Below, one piece after another: positions 63,902-64,000 of a DNA stretch of 64,000 nucleotides. Each line of letters starts with the position of its first letter. Positions within the stretch are counted from its first letter, which is position 1. A program made the position numbers and the translations under genes. The notes beneath the pieces are model-generated. The model made no database searches and had not been told where the DNA came from. It was given only the letters and a program-made list of their open reading frames with translations. Location of the stretch: IMG/VR virus record IMGVR_UViG_3300027816_000052, positions 186,001-250,000 of that record; one strand, written 5' to 3'.

Positions 63902-64000
63902 ATGAACAAAAATTTTTTATATATAATTTTAATTATTGTTAGTTTATTGGGTATTTCTTATGTAGTTTTGCCTGATAAATGGAAGATTGTATTGGGTAAA
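63902..64000 (+). CDS. 3'-partial membrane/secreted protein
   Basis: MNKNFLYIILIIVSLLGISY..., open to the window edge. Confidence 0.45.
   Translation, partial: MNKNFLYIILIIVSLLGISYVVLPDKWKIVLGK

Noticed and set aside
1-64000. Stop-codon reassignment (common in some large phages)
   Set aside because: Long conserved genes are intact under code 11, and TAA, TAG and TGA all end genes at tight gene boundaries.
1-64000. Bacterial chromosome or eukaryotic giant virus origin
   Set aside because: There are no housekeeping operons, and the T4-like gp46/gp47 pair, primase and Rnl1 point to a phage. The sigma-70, Bacteroidota promoters and peptidoglycan hydrolases exclude a eukaryotic host.
1-64000. 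tRNA or rRNA genes
   Set aside because: I saw no cloverleaf with a T-loop (GTTCRA) in the few intergenic gaps. tRNAscan-SE/Aragorn would be needed to exclude divergent ones.

Overview
This is a 64-kb segment of a large AT-rich tailed-phage genome (jumbo/huge-phage type, genetic code 11), with genes packed densely and mostly on the + strand. The host is almost certainly Bacteroidota: there are several exact TTTG-N20-TAnnTTTG promoters, a Bacteroidota-type primary sigma factor, SprB repeats, an Hc1-like histone and a T9SS-sorted protein. Layout: (1) 1-13.1 kb holds a sulfotransferase and a plant HPAT/SERGT-like O-glycosyltransferase next to Cys/Thr/Pro-rich probable virion proteins. (2) 13.1-23.4 kb holds replication, recombination and transcription genes (RuvC-like, primase, PD-(D/E)XK nuclease, Mre11/Rad50-like pair, sigma). 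(3) 23.4-41.5 kb holds lysis-like genes, late genes, DnaJ, glutaredoxin and LRR proteins. (4) 41.6-50 kb is an RNA-repair/nucleotide-conflict cluster plus the T9SS cargo gene. (5) 50.2-59.7 kb is the main finding: an integron-like array of 14 cassette bodies alternating with 13 complete attC-like hairpins and one truncated hairpin. It ends at an attI-like half-site directly in front of a compact tyrosine recombinase that lacks the IntI-specific insertion. Every cassette body has its own terminal inverted repeat with a G.T pair at position 11/12 (14 of 14). The hairpins appear to sit upstream of their cassette and supply promoters and start codons, and one hairpin holds a whole gene in its loop. 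Cargo includes a minimal IleRS and a GC-rich foreign gene. (6) 59.7-64 kb holds small genes and a second RNA ligase. All family names come from motif recognition without database searches.
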